NCBI GenBank assembly: GCA_035285545.1
Contig: JAYKGY010000037.1
Coordinates: 1-34,719 of the forward strand
Reading direction: 5' to 3'
DNA: 34,719 nt
From: Snowella sp.
GTDB taxonomy: Bacteria; Cyanobacteriota; Cyanobacteriia; Cyanobacteriales; Microcystaceae
The notes under the pieces were generated by a model. It worked only from the letters and a program-made list of their open reading frames with translations. It was not told the origin of the DNA and ran no database searches. The position numbers were made by a program, and so were the translations under genes. Shown here piece by piece: positions 1 to 9,543 of the stretch. The stretch's first letter is position 1, and the number at the start of each line of letters is the position of its first letter.

Positions 1-121
1 GACTCATTTGAGAGATAGTTATCCGAGCATTTGCTAGGGAAATAACCGTCCACCTAGCTAGTGAAGTTAGCGTTCGCTAAAATGTACCAATTTCGTTCCT
101 ATTGACTTTTCGGATAGGCTC
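1..121 (-). mobile_element. Probable end of an IS5-family (IS1031-group-like) insertion sequence; the element continues off the left edge
   Basis: 106-121 reads GAGCCTATCCGAAAAG on the minus strand, resembling IS1031-group terminal IRs. It abuts TTA (122-124), a TNA-type target. A toxin-like reading frame is recognisable only to the right of this junction. Minus-strand ATGAGTC at 7..1 could be the transposase start. The second IR is not in the window. Confidence 0.55.
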
Positions 122-122
122 T

Positions 123-257
123 TATTGGGGTAACATCGAAGAAGCTAATGGACGAGTAATAAGAGTGATTACCCTTGACGATGGTGAAACGGTTCATAAT
201 GCCTTTTTTGATCGTAACTTTTACAAAAGACAACAACGAGGAGAAGAACCCATATGA
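123..257 (+). pseudogene. 3' half of a small toxin-like gene (DUF4258/BrnT-like family paired with DUF2283), 5' part displaced
   Basis: Hand translation gives YWGNIEEANGRVIRVITLDDGETVHNAFFDRNFYKRQQRGEEPI*. Its stop overlaps the DUF2283 start (ATGA at 254-257). Upstream there is an in-frame stop at 78-80 and no family-like N-terminus. Confidence 0.65.
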
Positions 258-463
258 AAATTCAATATTTTCCTGAAACAGATACTCTTGCCATTGAATT
301 AACGCATAACCTTGTGGTTTTAACCGATGCTATAACGGATGATCTCATTTTGGATTATGACGAGCAAGGCAAAGTCGTAGCCATTACCCTTGATAATTAC
401 TCCCAAAATGTTGATGAAATTGATCTTCAATCCTTTGCTTTACCTTTAGTAACATCAGCTTAA
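254..463 (+). CDS. DUF2283 domain protein (putative antitoxin)
   Basis: 69 aa, acidic; MKIQYFPETDTLAIEL...DDLILDYDEQGKVVAI matches the DUF2283 pattern. Confidence 0.8.
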   Translation: MKIQYFPETDTLAIELTHNLVVLTDAITDDLILDYDEQGKVVAITLDNYSQNVDEIDLQSFALPLVTSA

Positions 464-468
464 AATTT

Positions 469-1050
469 ATGTCTACCTTAGTTGAATCGCCTCCCCGCTT
501 ATACAGTCCCGCCGAATATTTATCTCTAGAAGAAAAATCCGAACACAGAAATGAATACAGAGACGGAGTTATTGTTCCAATGACGGGTGGATCGATTGAA
601 CATAACATTATTGCGGGAAATATTTTTGCTTGGCTTAAGGTTGTCCTTCGGGGTCAAGGGGCAAAAGCTTATATTGGCGATCTACGAGTTTTGATACCCA
701 CTTACCGCCGTTATACTTACCCCGATGTTTTTGTGATTCAAGGAGAACCCCAATTTGAAGAAAATCGCAAAGATGTTATTCTCAATCCGACTGTCATTAT
801 TGAAGTTTTATCTCGCTCGACTTCTGATTATGATCGCGGTGACAAGTTCAAATTTTATCGGTCGATTCCCACTTTTAAAGAATACTGGCTTGTCGATCAA
901 TATCAAATTCAAATCGAACAATATTACAAAACCGATGATGAGACTTGGCTTTATCGGGCCTACGAAACTCCCGAAGCGATATTGCGATCGCCGATTTTAA
1001 ATATAGAAACGACGATTCAAGGGATTTATGAAGATGTGGTATTTTCTTAA
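469..1050 (+). CDS. Uma2-family (DUF820) PD-(D/E)xK endonuclease-like protein
   Basis: EYRDG..MTGGS..H, YPDV, IIEVLSRST..YDRGDKF..Y..IP..EYWLVDQ motifs. Confidence 0.92.
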   Translation: MSTLVESPPRLYSPAEYLSLEEKSEHRNEYRDGVIVPMTGGSIEHNIIAGNIFAWLKVVLRGQGAKAYIGDLRVLIPTYRRYTYPDVFVIQGEPQFEENRKDVILNPTVIIEVLSRSTSDYDRGDKFKFYRSIPTFKEYWLVDQYQIQIEQYYKTDDETWLYRAYETPEAILRSPILNIETTIQGIYEDVVFS

Positions 1051-1170
1051 ATTAAGACTCAATATAATTTAATTACGAAACGTTAAGCAGTTTACAAGGA
1101 GATCGGCGATCGCCGTAGACTAGGAAGTTTAGAGACTGTTAATACGATTCATTCAAGCCGTTTAAAAATT

Positions 1171-2163
1171 ATGTTTCCGATTACTCGCCCCCGTCGCCTC
1201 CGCCAAACAACGCCCCTCCGCCGCATGGTCAGAGAAACTGTTTTAACAGCCAATGATCTGATCTATCCCCTCTTTGCAGTTCCCGGCGAAGGCATTGCCA
1301 ACGAAGTTAAATCGATGCCAGGGGTGTATCAGTTATCGGTTGATAAAATTGTTGAAGAAGCGAAAGAAGTCTACGATCTCGGTATTCCCGCCATCATTCT
1401 CTTTGGTATCCCTGAAAATAAAGACACGGACGCAACGGGAGCCTGGCATGATTGCGGAATCGTTCAAAAAGCCGCTACTGCTGTTAAAAATGCGATTCCC
1501 GATCTCGTCGTCATTGCGGATACCTGTTTGTGTGAATACACCAGTCACGGCCATTGCGGTTACTTACAGACGGGGGATTTAACGGGACGGGTATTAAACG
1601 ATCCGACTCTGGAACTGTTGAAGAAAACGGCAGTTTCCCAAGCTAAAGCAGGGGTGGATATTATTGCACCGTCAGGCATGATGGATGGTTTTGTCACTTC
1701 AATCCGAGAAGCTCTTGATGAAGCAGGATTTACTGAAATTCCCATTCTGTCCTATGCAGCGAAGTATGCCTCGGCTTACTATGGCCCCTTCCGAGATGCA
1801 GCCGATTCTTCTCCCCAATTCGGCGATCGCCGTACCTATCAAATGGATCCAGGCAATGGTCGCGAAGCCCTCAAAGAAGTTGAACTGGATATTTTAGAAG
1901 GCGCAGATATGCTAATGGTCAAACCCGCTTTGGCCTATATGGACATCATTTGGCGAGTTAAAGAAATCACCAATTTACCCGTTGCTGCCTATAACGTATC
2001 GGGGGAATACTCTATGGTCAAAGCCGCCGCCCTCAATGGTTGGATCGACGAAAAACGGGTCACCCTCGAAACCTTAACCGGCTTTAAACGTTCTGGTGCC
2101 GATTTAATCCTCACTTATCATGCGAAAGATGCCGTGCGTTGGTTAAATGAAGGTGGATTATAA
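1171..2163 (+). CDS. hemB: Porphobilinogen synthase (delta-aminolevulinate dehydratase)
   Basis: RPRRLR N-terminus, [14 protein letters not shown]n site, [24 protein letters not shown]. Confidence 0.98.
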   Translation: MFPITRPRRLRQTTPLRRMVRETVLTANDLIYPLFAVPGEGIANEVKSMPGVYQLSVDKIVEEAKEVYDLGIPAIILFGIPENKDTDATGAWHDCGIVQKAATAVKNAIPDLVVIADTCLCEYTSHGHCGYLQTGDLTGRVLNDPTLELLKKTAVSQAKAGVDIIAPSGMMDGFVTSIREALDEAGFTEIPILSYAAKYASAYYGPFRDAADSSPQFGDRRTYQMDPGNGREALKEVELDILEGADMLMVKPALAYMDIIWRVKEITNLPVAAYNVSGEYSMVKAAALNGWIDEKRVTLETLTGFKRSGADLILTYHAKDAVRWLNEGGL

Positions 2164-2227
2164 AGCAGTCAACGACTGTTAACAAAAGACTCCGAGAGTC
2201 ATCACATAGTGGTCTTGTCCTTGAGAC

Positions 2228-4231
2228 ATGGTAAGTTGCTATAAAATCAATAGCATTCTGGTCGGTGTAGCTAGCATGACCATAGGGTTGCAACCAAAAA
2301 GAAGATTGAAGCGGTCTAAGTTGGGGCGCAGTTTTCTCCATTTCTGTCTACTCAGCTTATTAACCTTATGGCTGAGTGTCGGATTTGCGTCAACGATTCA
2401 AGCTCAATTACCTTCTTTACCGAGCAGCGATCGCGAATTATTTGCCAATCCCCGTCAGTTATCGGGAAGAATTGGAAACCTAAGCTATGCTCCGATCAAA
2501 ATTGATGGTCGTCCACTATTTTTTATTGCCGTTCCCTTCTCAATCGCCAACAGTGAAGAACATAAAACAATATCCCCCTTAAAAGAACGGGTAAAACGCA
2601 TTCAAAATAAAATTCAAGAAATCCTTAAACGAGGGTTCGATCCCCAAACCTTACAGGTTTATCCCTCTGTTCTCAATAATCAAACAGTCATTCTCGTTGC
2701 CGATCAAAAGAACTTTAAGCCCCAAATTCTCGGAACTATCACTGAACCGGATGCCGAATTGTATGGTCAGGATGTCGATGAGATCGCCGCGGAAATCACG
2801 AGTTTACTGCGCTCAGGTTTAATTCGTGCCTGGGAAGAGCGTCAGCCCGAAGCTTTTCGCCAACAAATTTTGTCCGCCCTGCAAATTTTTGGGGTGATGT
2901 TAGGGATGATTGGAGTGCTGATAATCCTGCAACGGTTTACCAAAAAGCAGATTCAATCTTACAAAGAAAAGCTAGCAGATCTAGACGATCGCTTGCAAGC
3001 AGGGGATCAATCCGATACGCCAGTGGACAATTCCCTCTCCTTTCCCAGGGATAATATGCCGTTAAACAGGAGTCAGCGTCTAAGGTTGGGGATGGATTGG
3101 CTGATTACTCAACTGAAGTTTCACAGTAATTCCACTGTTCCTAAAAAGCGGGAAGGGCAAAAGACAATTACTCAACCAGAGATTCTACGGTCTCCCTCCC
3201 TCCCTCATTCAGCCCATTCTCCCAATTTAGAAAAAATTCAATTGCTTCTCAAACGGAAGCTGAGTTTTGCGGTTTTTATTCGACGTTTATCCGTCCTAGC
3301 TCAACTTTTTATCCTCATTCGAGGAATCGCTTTTATTTTAACTGTTTTTCCCCATACGAGAAACTTGGGATTTTTGTTAGCCGGTGCGCCGACTAATTTA
3401 TTAACTATCTGGCTTGGTATCATATTTTTCATTAAAATTGGCGAACTAATCATTGATAGAAGCCTTCAGGCTTGGGTAGAAGATTTGCAATTAATCCGAA
3501 AATCTTTTACTCGACAAAATGTGCGGATTCCCACGATTGCTAGCACGTTAAAAGGGATCAATCTTGCTTTCTGTGGGATTATCGGTATTATCTTATCGCT
3601 GGCAGTGTTTGATGTTCCGATTACTACCGTATTAGCAGGGGCAGGGATTTTAGGGTTCGCCGTTTCTTTTGGCTCTCAAAGTTTAATTAAGGATCTCATT
3701 GCTGGCGTGATTAATTTGGCCAATGATGCCTATGCGCTGGGAGATTTTGTCATTATTGGCAATGATAGCGGGCTAGTCGAAGATATGAATCTATTTGTAA
3801 CCCGTATTCGTAGCGGAAATGGGGATTTGATCACGATTCCCAATGGTTCGGTCGGGACGGTTCGGAATCAATCCAAAGATTGGTCAAGGGTGGATTATCA
3901 AATTCAGGTTTCCTATGAAGCCGATATTCCTCAAGCCTTAGAGCTTCTAACAGCGATCGCGCAAGAACTTTACGATGATCCCCAATGGAATGGGTTAATC
4001 TTGGAACCACCTGATTTAAAAGGGGTAGAAGATATTTCCTATCAAGGTGTGATGATTCGTATTTGGTTAAAAACGAAACCTGGCGAACAATGGATTGTGG
4101 CGAGGGAATTACGACTCCGAGTTAAAGCCGCTTTTGAGCAAGCCGGAATTGATATTGGGGTGCCGAAACAGGCAATGATCTGGCAAAAGTCCTTAGATGC
4201 AGAGAAAAAATCGCCCCTTGACCCCTCTTAG
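2228..4231 (+). CDS. MscS-family mechanosensitive channel with a large N-terminal extension (true start may be the ATG at 2276)
   Basis: C-terminal GAGILGFAVSFGSQSLIKDLIAG...LGDFV...G.VEDMNLFVTRIR...IPNG...N.S.DWSR MscS signature. Confidence 0.9.
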   Translation: MVSCYKINSILVGVASMTIGLQPKRRLKRSKLGRSFLHFCLLSLLTLWLSVGFASTIQAQLPSLPSSDRELFANPRQLSGRIGNLSYAPIKIDGRPLFFIAVPFSIANSEEHKTISPLKERVKRIQNKIQEILKRGFDPQTLQVYPSVLNNQTVILVADQKNFKPQILGTITEPDAELYGQDVDEIAAEITSLLRSGLIRAWEERQPEAFRQQILSALQIFGVMLGMIGVLIILQRFTKKQIQSYKEKLADLDDRLQAGDQSDTPVDNSLSFPRDNMPLNRSQRLRLGMDWLITQLKFHSNSTVPKKREGQKTITQPEILRSPSLPHSAHSPNLEKIQLLLKRKLSFAVFIRRLSVLAQLFILIRGIAFILTVFPHTRNLGFLLAGAPTNLLTIWLGIIFFIKIGELIIDRSLQAWVEDLQLIRKSFTRQNVRIPTIASTLKGINLAFCGIIGIILSLAVFDVPITTVLAGAGILGFAVSFGSQSLIKDLIAGVINLANDAYALGDFVIIGNDSGLVEDMNLFVTRIRSGNGDLITIPNGSVGTVRNQSKDWSRVDYQIQVSYEADIPQALELLTAIAQELYDDPQWNGLILEPPDLKGVEDISYQGVMIRIWLKTKPGEQWIVARELRLRVKAAFEQAGIDIGVPKQAMIWQKSLDAEKKSPLDPS

Positions 4232-4334
4232 TTTGGCTAATGCTCGGCTTGAGTTTACCGGAAAAAGAATTTTTTATTATGGGGGAGAAGTTTCTTGGGT
4301 AACTTCAACAGTTAAGATGTTTTTCTCCAACATT

Positions 4335-6644
4335 TTAAACTTTTAACCGAGAAGCGATCGCGTTTTCCCAAGTTCCTGTAATCTCAGCCAAGTTAGCATC
4401 AATTAGAGCTTGATTAGTTTGATTAAGTATCGTTAAATTACCTGTTGCTGTACCGACTACCCCTAATTGTTGCCAAGCTCGATCGAGATTTTCTTGTAAA
4501 TAATTTTCCCAAACCGCTTGGTATTGCGGGTTAACAGAAACTACAATTCGGCTGGCGGATTCACCAAACAGAACTTCATCTAACCGTTGCTCAGAAGTCG
4601 GTAAGGTAATTTCGGCTCCTAATTGGCCACTGATCGAACTTTCCGCCAACGCGATCGCCAGTCCCCCTTCTGCCACATCGTGGGCGGAATGAATCCAACC
4701 TTGACGGATACCGTGACGACAAGCCGCTTGCACTTGTTTTTCTAGGGCAAAATCCACAACGGGCGGTTGACCTGCGATGATGCCATGAATAGAGGCAAGA
4801 TACTCCGAAGCACCTAAAGTTGTTTGAGCAGAACTACCTAAGAGATAGATCAAATCGCCTGATGTTTTCCAGCCTTGACCGACAATTTTGCTTAAATCGG
4901 GAATTAAGCCCACCATCCCAATGACAGGAGTGGGATAAATCGGTTGGGGTTTTCCGTCAGAATCGAGAGTTTCATTATATAAAGAGACATTGCCGCCCGT
5001 TACAGGTGTACTCAGTTCACGGCAAGCATCAGCAATGCCTTGACAAGCAGTGGCCAGTTGCCAATAACCGACGGGGTTTTCAGGGCTACCAAAATTGAGA
5101 TTATCTGTAACTGCTAAGGGGTCTGCTCCGACACAGGTTAAATTTCGGGCTGCTTCGGCGACGGCTGCTTTTGCTCCTTCGTAGGGATTGAGGTAAACAT
5201 AGCGGGGATTGCAATCGGTTGTAGCAGCGACCCCAATGGTGCAACTGTCAGGCTTGGCGTGGATGGGACGAACTCGAACAACTGCCGCATCTGCTCCGCC
5301 AGGTAATAAAACCGTATTATTTTGCACTTGGTGGTCGTATTGCCGATAAACCCACTTTTTAGATGCAATAGAAGGGGTATCGAGTAATTTTAATAACACC
5401 TCATTCCAGTTATGGAGTTTACCTTGGATTTCAATGCCGTTTAAGTCGGCGATCGCTAACTGCTCACTTGTCCATTGCCAGGCTGTTTGGGCATAGGCAG
5501 GCGGTTCAGCCATTAATTCGCGATGGTAAATGGGGGTGTTATCGGCCAACGCTGTAGCCGGAATTTCGGCGGCAATTTCTCCTTGAAATAAAATCCGAAC
5601 AATTGGCTCTTCGATTACCGAACCCGCAACAACGGCTTGTAGTTCCCAACGATGGAAAATATCGATTAATTCCTGTTCGCGTCCTTTTTGCGCGACAAAT
5701 AACATTCTTTCTTGGGACTCAGACAGCAGATATTCGTAGGGAATCATGCCTGTTTCCCGTACCGGAATTTTATCCAAATCCAGTTCAATCCCCACGCCTC
5801 CTTTTGCCGCCATTTCTGAGGTTGAGCAAGTGATCCCCGCCGCTCCCATGTCTTGGGCTGCAACGACTGCCCCCGTTTTAAAGGCTTCTAAACAAGCTTC
5901 GATTAAAGATTTTTCTAAAAAGGGATCACCGACTTGTACCGCAGGGCGATCGTCCATTGATTGATCGGTTAATTCGGCACTGGCAAAACTCGCGCCTCCC
6001 ATGCCATCCCGCCCCGTCGTTGAACCCACATAAAGTACAGGATTACCGATACCTGCTGCTCCTGATTTAACGATGGATTCTGTTTCCATCAAACCCAACG
6101 CCATTGCATTGACCAACGGATTGCCCGAATAAGCAGGATCAAAATAAACTTCTCCGCCAACCGTCGGCACTCCAACGCAATTGCCATAGTGTGAAATTCC
6201 ATCAACCACTCCCATAAAAATGCGGCGATTACGGGCATCGTCCAAATTACCGAACCGCAAAGAATTTAAAATCGCGATCGGTCTGGCTCCCATTGTGAAA
6301 ATATCGCGCAGAATACCTCCAACTCCTGTGGCTGCTCCCTGAAAGGGTTCTACGGCTGAGGGATGGTTATGGGATTCGATTTTAAATGCCAGTTGTAAGC
6401 CATTTCCTAAATCGACTACACCAGCATTTTCGCCTGGCCCGACAAGAATGCGATCGCCGGTGGTGGGAAATTGTTTTAAGAGGGGACGGGAATTTTTATA
6501 ACAGCAGTGTTCTGACCACATCACTCCGAACATTCCTAATTCTGCCTTATTGGGATGCCGTCCTAAGCGTTGGACAATATCGGCATATTCTTCGGGCTTG
6601 ATTCCTTCGGAGGCAATTTCTTGGGAGGTAAAGGGTGCAGACAT
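4335..6644 (-). CDS. purL: Phosphoribosylformylglycinamidine synthase subunit PurL
   Basis: [53 protein letters not shown]. Confidence 0.98.
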   Translation of the reverse strand: MSAPFTSQEIASEGIKPEEYADIVQRLGRHPNKAELGMFGVMWSEHCCYKNSRPLLKQFPTTGDRILVGPGENAGVVDLGNGLQLAFKIESHNHPSAVEPFQGAATGVGGILRDIFTMGARPIAILNSLRFGNLDDARNRRIFMGVVDGISHYGNCVGVPTVGGEVYFDPAYSGNPLVNAMALGLMETESIVKSGAAGIGNPVLYVGSTTGRDGMGGASFASAELTDQSMDDRPAVQVGDPFLEKSLIEACLEAFKTGAVVAAQDMGAAGITCSTSEMAAKGGVGIELDLDKIPVRETGMIPYEYLLSESQERMLFVAQKGREQELIDIFHRWELQAVVAGSVIEEPIVRILFQGEIAAEIPATALADNTPIYHRELMAEPPAYAQTAWQWTSEQLAIADLNGIEIQGKLHNWNEVLLKLLDTPSIASKKWVYRQYDHQVQNNTVLLPGGADAAVVRVRPIHAKPDSCTIGVAATTDCNPRYVYLNPYEGAKAAVAEAARNLTCVGADPLAVTDNLNFGSPENPVGYWQLATACQGIADACRELSTPVTGGNVSLYNETLDSDGKPQPIYPTPVIGMVGLIPDLSKIVGQGWKTSGDLIYLLGSSAQTTLGASEYLASIHGIIAGQPPVVDFALEKQVQAACRHGIRQGWIHSAHDVAEGGLAIALAESSISGQLGAEITLPTSEQRLDEVLFGESASRIVVSVNPQYQAVWENYLQENLDRAWQQLGVVGTATGNLTILNQTNQALIDANLAEITGTWENAIASRLKV

Positions 6645-7028
6645 AATTCGGTTAGGGTGTTTAGCGTCAGAGCTTATTTTATCGTGAAGTTAGCAGCACA
6701 GGTTAAGCGCGATCGCGGTTTAATTATCAATTGTCTTAAAATTCATTGTTCGTCAGGGGTTATTTGTGTTGGTGCGGGTAGGGAAAGCATCGTGATTTTG
6801 ACTAATGCAAATTTTCAATCGAAGTTTTGGTAAGCGTAAAACAATGATCACGGCGATCGCCATATCAAGAACTTTTACCAAAATTGCTTTATATCATCAA
6901 AGCTGAGAGTTTTTCTGCGATCACGATCAGCATCGATGATAATTGCCAGATGATTTCTGTCCCAAAAAACTTTCATTTAACGGAAAATAAGAAACATTAC
7001 ATTTGATTCAAGCTCCCTACAGTGATGG

Positions 7029-7925
7029 TCATCGCACTACTTTATTTTGCAATAAACGAATCAGTTTTTGAAAATCTGATGGCTGCTCTTGAAGAGGCAA
7101 TTTCGTCAATCCTTTAGCAATAATTTTATTTTTTTCTTTTCCTGTAACAAAATTGCCTTGTAAATCTTTAACTTCAAAATACTGATTAGCAATTGCCCGA
7201 AAGATCTCCTTACCAGACATTCGTTCAAGCCAAACTCCTGAGCCATATTCCAGAGGAATCGTCCCACCGCTTAATTCTTGAACGAAGTTTAAATATCGCT
7301 GACTTATTACATTTTTCTCTAAAATATTGGAAACGGATGTTCTTGTAGCATCCATCGCTGTAGCTAGCTCTTCTAGTTTAAGTATTCCAGATCCTTGATC
7401 TCGAAACTCATCTCGATTTCTAAAATGTGGAATGGGCAAAGGTTTTCGTAGCTCCCTCGAAATTGAATACAGGGTTAAATTGGCTGCATCAAGAAATATT
7501 CGGCGACGACATTCATCAAGGATGTGTTGACAAATATCACTTTCACGTTTTAAATATTCAGATCTTTGAATATAATTGGGATCAATAAAATAGTTTTCTA
7601 GTTCTCTTTTATGCCAAATGAGCATATTGTACTCATCTATATTTGGAAAACTTTGCCACGATTTATTAACAGTTTCTTGATCTTGATCATCGCGATCAAT
7701 CAAAAAATAATAAGTTGGATATTCCTTAATTAATGCTTGTGCAGCGCTACGAACATTATCACACCCGCCCATTGTACTTACGCTAACGGCTGTCAAATCG
7801 TTACTATTTAATAATTCCTTTATAACGATTGGATCAATTTCTTGATTGTTTTTACCTTCTACAAATAGCTTGTGTTGTGCACTTTGGTTGACTTGGGTTG
7901 CGTAGACACCGCTTTGTACTCTCAT
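7029..7925 (-). CDS. DUF4435-like TOPRIM-fold protein (AriB-like putative nuclease effector)
   Basis: LFVEG (TOPRIM Glu), LIDRD (DxD), RELENY and C-terminal SGKE motifs; lies 22 bp downstream of an ABC-type ATPase. Confidence 0.75.
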   Translation of the reverse strand: MRVQSGVYATQVNQSAQHKLFVEGKNNQEIDPIVIKELLNSNDLTAVSVSTMGGCDNVRSAAQALIKEYPTYYFLIDRDDQDQETVNKSWQSFPNIDEYNMLIWHKRELENYFIDPNYIQRSEYLKRESDICQHILDECRRRIFLDAANLTLYSISRELRKPLPIPHFRNRDEFRDQGSGILKLEELATAMDATRTSVSNILEKNVISQRYLNFVQELSGGTIPLEYGSGVWLERMSGKEIFRAIANQYFEVKDLQGNFVTGKEKNKIIAKGLTKLPLQEQPSDFQKLIRLLQNKVVR

Positions 7926-7947
7926 AAATTATTCCTCATCGTAAAAA

Positions 7948-9039
7948 TTAGCCATCCTCATCTGGTACTAGAACAGAACGATGACGTTCCTCGACAGAGC
8001 GAAAAATTTCTTCAGAATGAGTTGCTAAAATATATTGATTGTGGGGGGCTAATTGGTAAAGTTGTCTAACGAAATCACCATGCCATTCAGCATTTAAATG
8101 TAATTCTGGTTCATCAATTAAGACGATACTGGGTTGTTCTTTAGTATTTTTCCAAATCAAGAAAAGTGTCGCAATCATTTCTTTTTGTCCTGAACTTAAG
8201 CCATCAAAAGAAAATGATTCTTTACCATTATTAGGTTTTATACGAATGTCAATTTTATTGTCTGGTAAAGGACGTAAATGCGCAATTTGACCACCACAAT
8301 ACCGTTTGATTAGAGAATTCAATTGAGATAACACACTCTCAGATTGCTCTTTATCTGTATTTTCAAATAAAGATGCTTGTCCCATTAAAGAGCGTAAAAT
8401 TTCCAACTTAAAAGCACTTACTGGGTTGACTATGTTTCTTATACCCAATCTCCTTCGCATATCATAATTTCTGGGATAATCATCTGCCATCATACCAAGT
8501 TCAGGATTTGATTCTTGAACTTTTCGATAGCTATTAAAATGTAATAAGGGAGGGATAATTAAAGGCTCGCTTGAGAAAGCTAAAATACTATTTAAAGAAT
8601 ATTCAAGTGTTTCTGGATAATCTTTTTTATTCAAGCCAAATGACGATTCATTACCGTTATCATCTTTGACATGAGGCGATGAAAAACCTTTGTCATTACT
8701 AATTTCTAGAGAAACTGTAAGCTTTTTGTTGTTTTGCTCAACTTTACATTCAATAATTGTTTTTGTTTGACCTGCCTTTACCAATAAATTTGTGATATCC
8801 AATAAGGAGCCATTCATTTTGAGTGTTTTTGCGAATTTATCTTTAAATATTCCTGCAAATATTAGCAAAGAACAGCATTCAAGAACAGAGGTTTTTCCTC
8901 CACCATTTTTACTCCCCAAAACCAAAATATCTGGATCTCCCTGCATTCGAGGCGGAAGGAAATCAATTTCTAAAGAATCAATTTTTTTATAATTGCTAAT
9001 CTTTAAACGACTTAGCCGAATTTTTGTTTTCTCAGTCAT
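7948..9039 (-). CDS. ABC/AAA_15-AAA_21-type ATPase (AriA-like)
   Basis: N-terminal ISNYKKI, Walker A GSKNGGGKT, signature LSSGQ, Walker B LIDEPELHL, H-loop ATHS; no TM segments. Confidence 0.9.
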   Translation of the reverse strand: MTEKTKIRLSRLKISNYKKIDSLEIDFLPPRMQGDPDILVLGSKNGGGKTSVLECCSLLIFAGIFKDKFAKTLKMNGSLLDITNLLVKAGQTKTIIECKVEQNNKKLTVSLEISNDKGFSSPHVKDDNGNESSFGLNKKDYPETLEYSLNSILAFSSEPLIIPPLLHFNSYRKVQESNPELGMMADDYPRNYDMRRRLGIRNIVNPVSAFKLEILRSLMGQASLFENTDKEQSESVLSQLNSLIKRYCGGQIAHLRPLPDNKIDIRIKPNNGKESFSFDGLSSGQKEMIATLFLIWKNTKEQPSIVLIDEPELHLNAEWHGDFVRQLYQLAPHNQYILATHSEEIFRSVEERHRSVLVPDEDG

Positions 9040-9215
9040 AGCTGGCCTACCTTAAAATAAATATTAAAATTAACTGAATAATAGCGTAATGTTTTTTTAG
9101 AATCTTTTTGTATATTGCATCACGCATGAAAAATATGCAAAGTTAATTAAAAGCTTCTCACTAAAATTCTTGCGAAAGTCATAGTGAATAAAGTAAAAAA
9201 CATTGCCAAATCAAA

Positions 9216-9386
9216 TCAAAAAAAGTTTTCTGGAGTTAGGTACTCAGAAAGATCAGCCGCAAGAAGAGATTCGGCTTCATCGTCACTCATCATTTCAGGT
9301 AGAATTTTCTCATAATTTTAAGCCTCTTTTTTATGCATATATCGAGCAGAAATAGGTCTAATAAGATCACCTCTTAGCATAAACAT
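9216..9386 (-). pseudogene. Degraded BrnT-like toxin C-terminus joined to a CopG/BrnA-like antitoxin N-terminus
   Basis: Hand translation gives MFMLRGDLIRPISARYMHKKEA*NYEKILPEMMSDDEAESLLAADLSEYLTPENFF*. IRPISARYMHKKE is a BrnT-type C-terminal motif; internal TAA at 9320-9318. Confidence 0.7.
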
Positions 9387-9543
9387 AAAATCAAAAAACA
9401 TCGACTTACCACAATGTTCATAAGTTAACGATAACACCTCTCATTAGCGCGATCGCGGAACTTATTAATCCAATCAATCCAATAAAATATTGGTTGCTAA
9501 ATCCAGTAGGTATTCAGGACTCAACAACCAATTTGTAGAAAAA

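Larger units (their letters stand above)
6706..9458. other. AT-rich accessory islet bounded by the 13-bp direct repeat AGCGCGATCGCGG (6706-6718 and 9446-9458)
   Basis: Both copies read directly from the sequence. The enclosed genes are AT-rich and I saw no HIP1 within them. The islet sits between purL and the cyclophilin gene. Confidence 0.45.

Noticed and set aside
6720..7028. Short frames in the spacer between purL and the DUF4435 gene (e.g. minus-strand MKVFWDRNHLAIIIDADRDRR...)
   Set aside because: Under 60 aa with no convincing family match. The IIIDAD resemblance to TOPRIM-like proteins is too short to support.
9040..9215. AT-rich leader of the ATPase considered as a retron-type or other ncRNA
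   Set aside because: No reverse transcriptase nearby and no long inverted repeats; it looks like ordinary promoter DNA.
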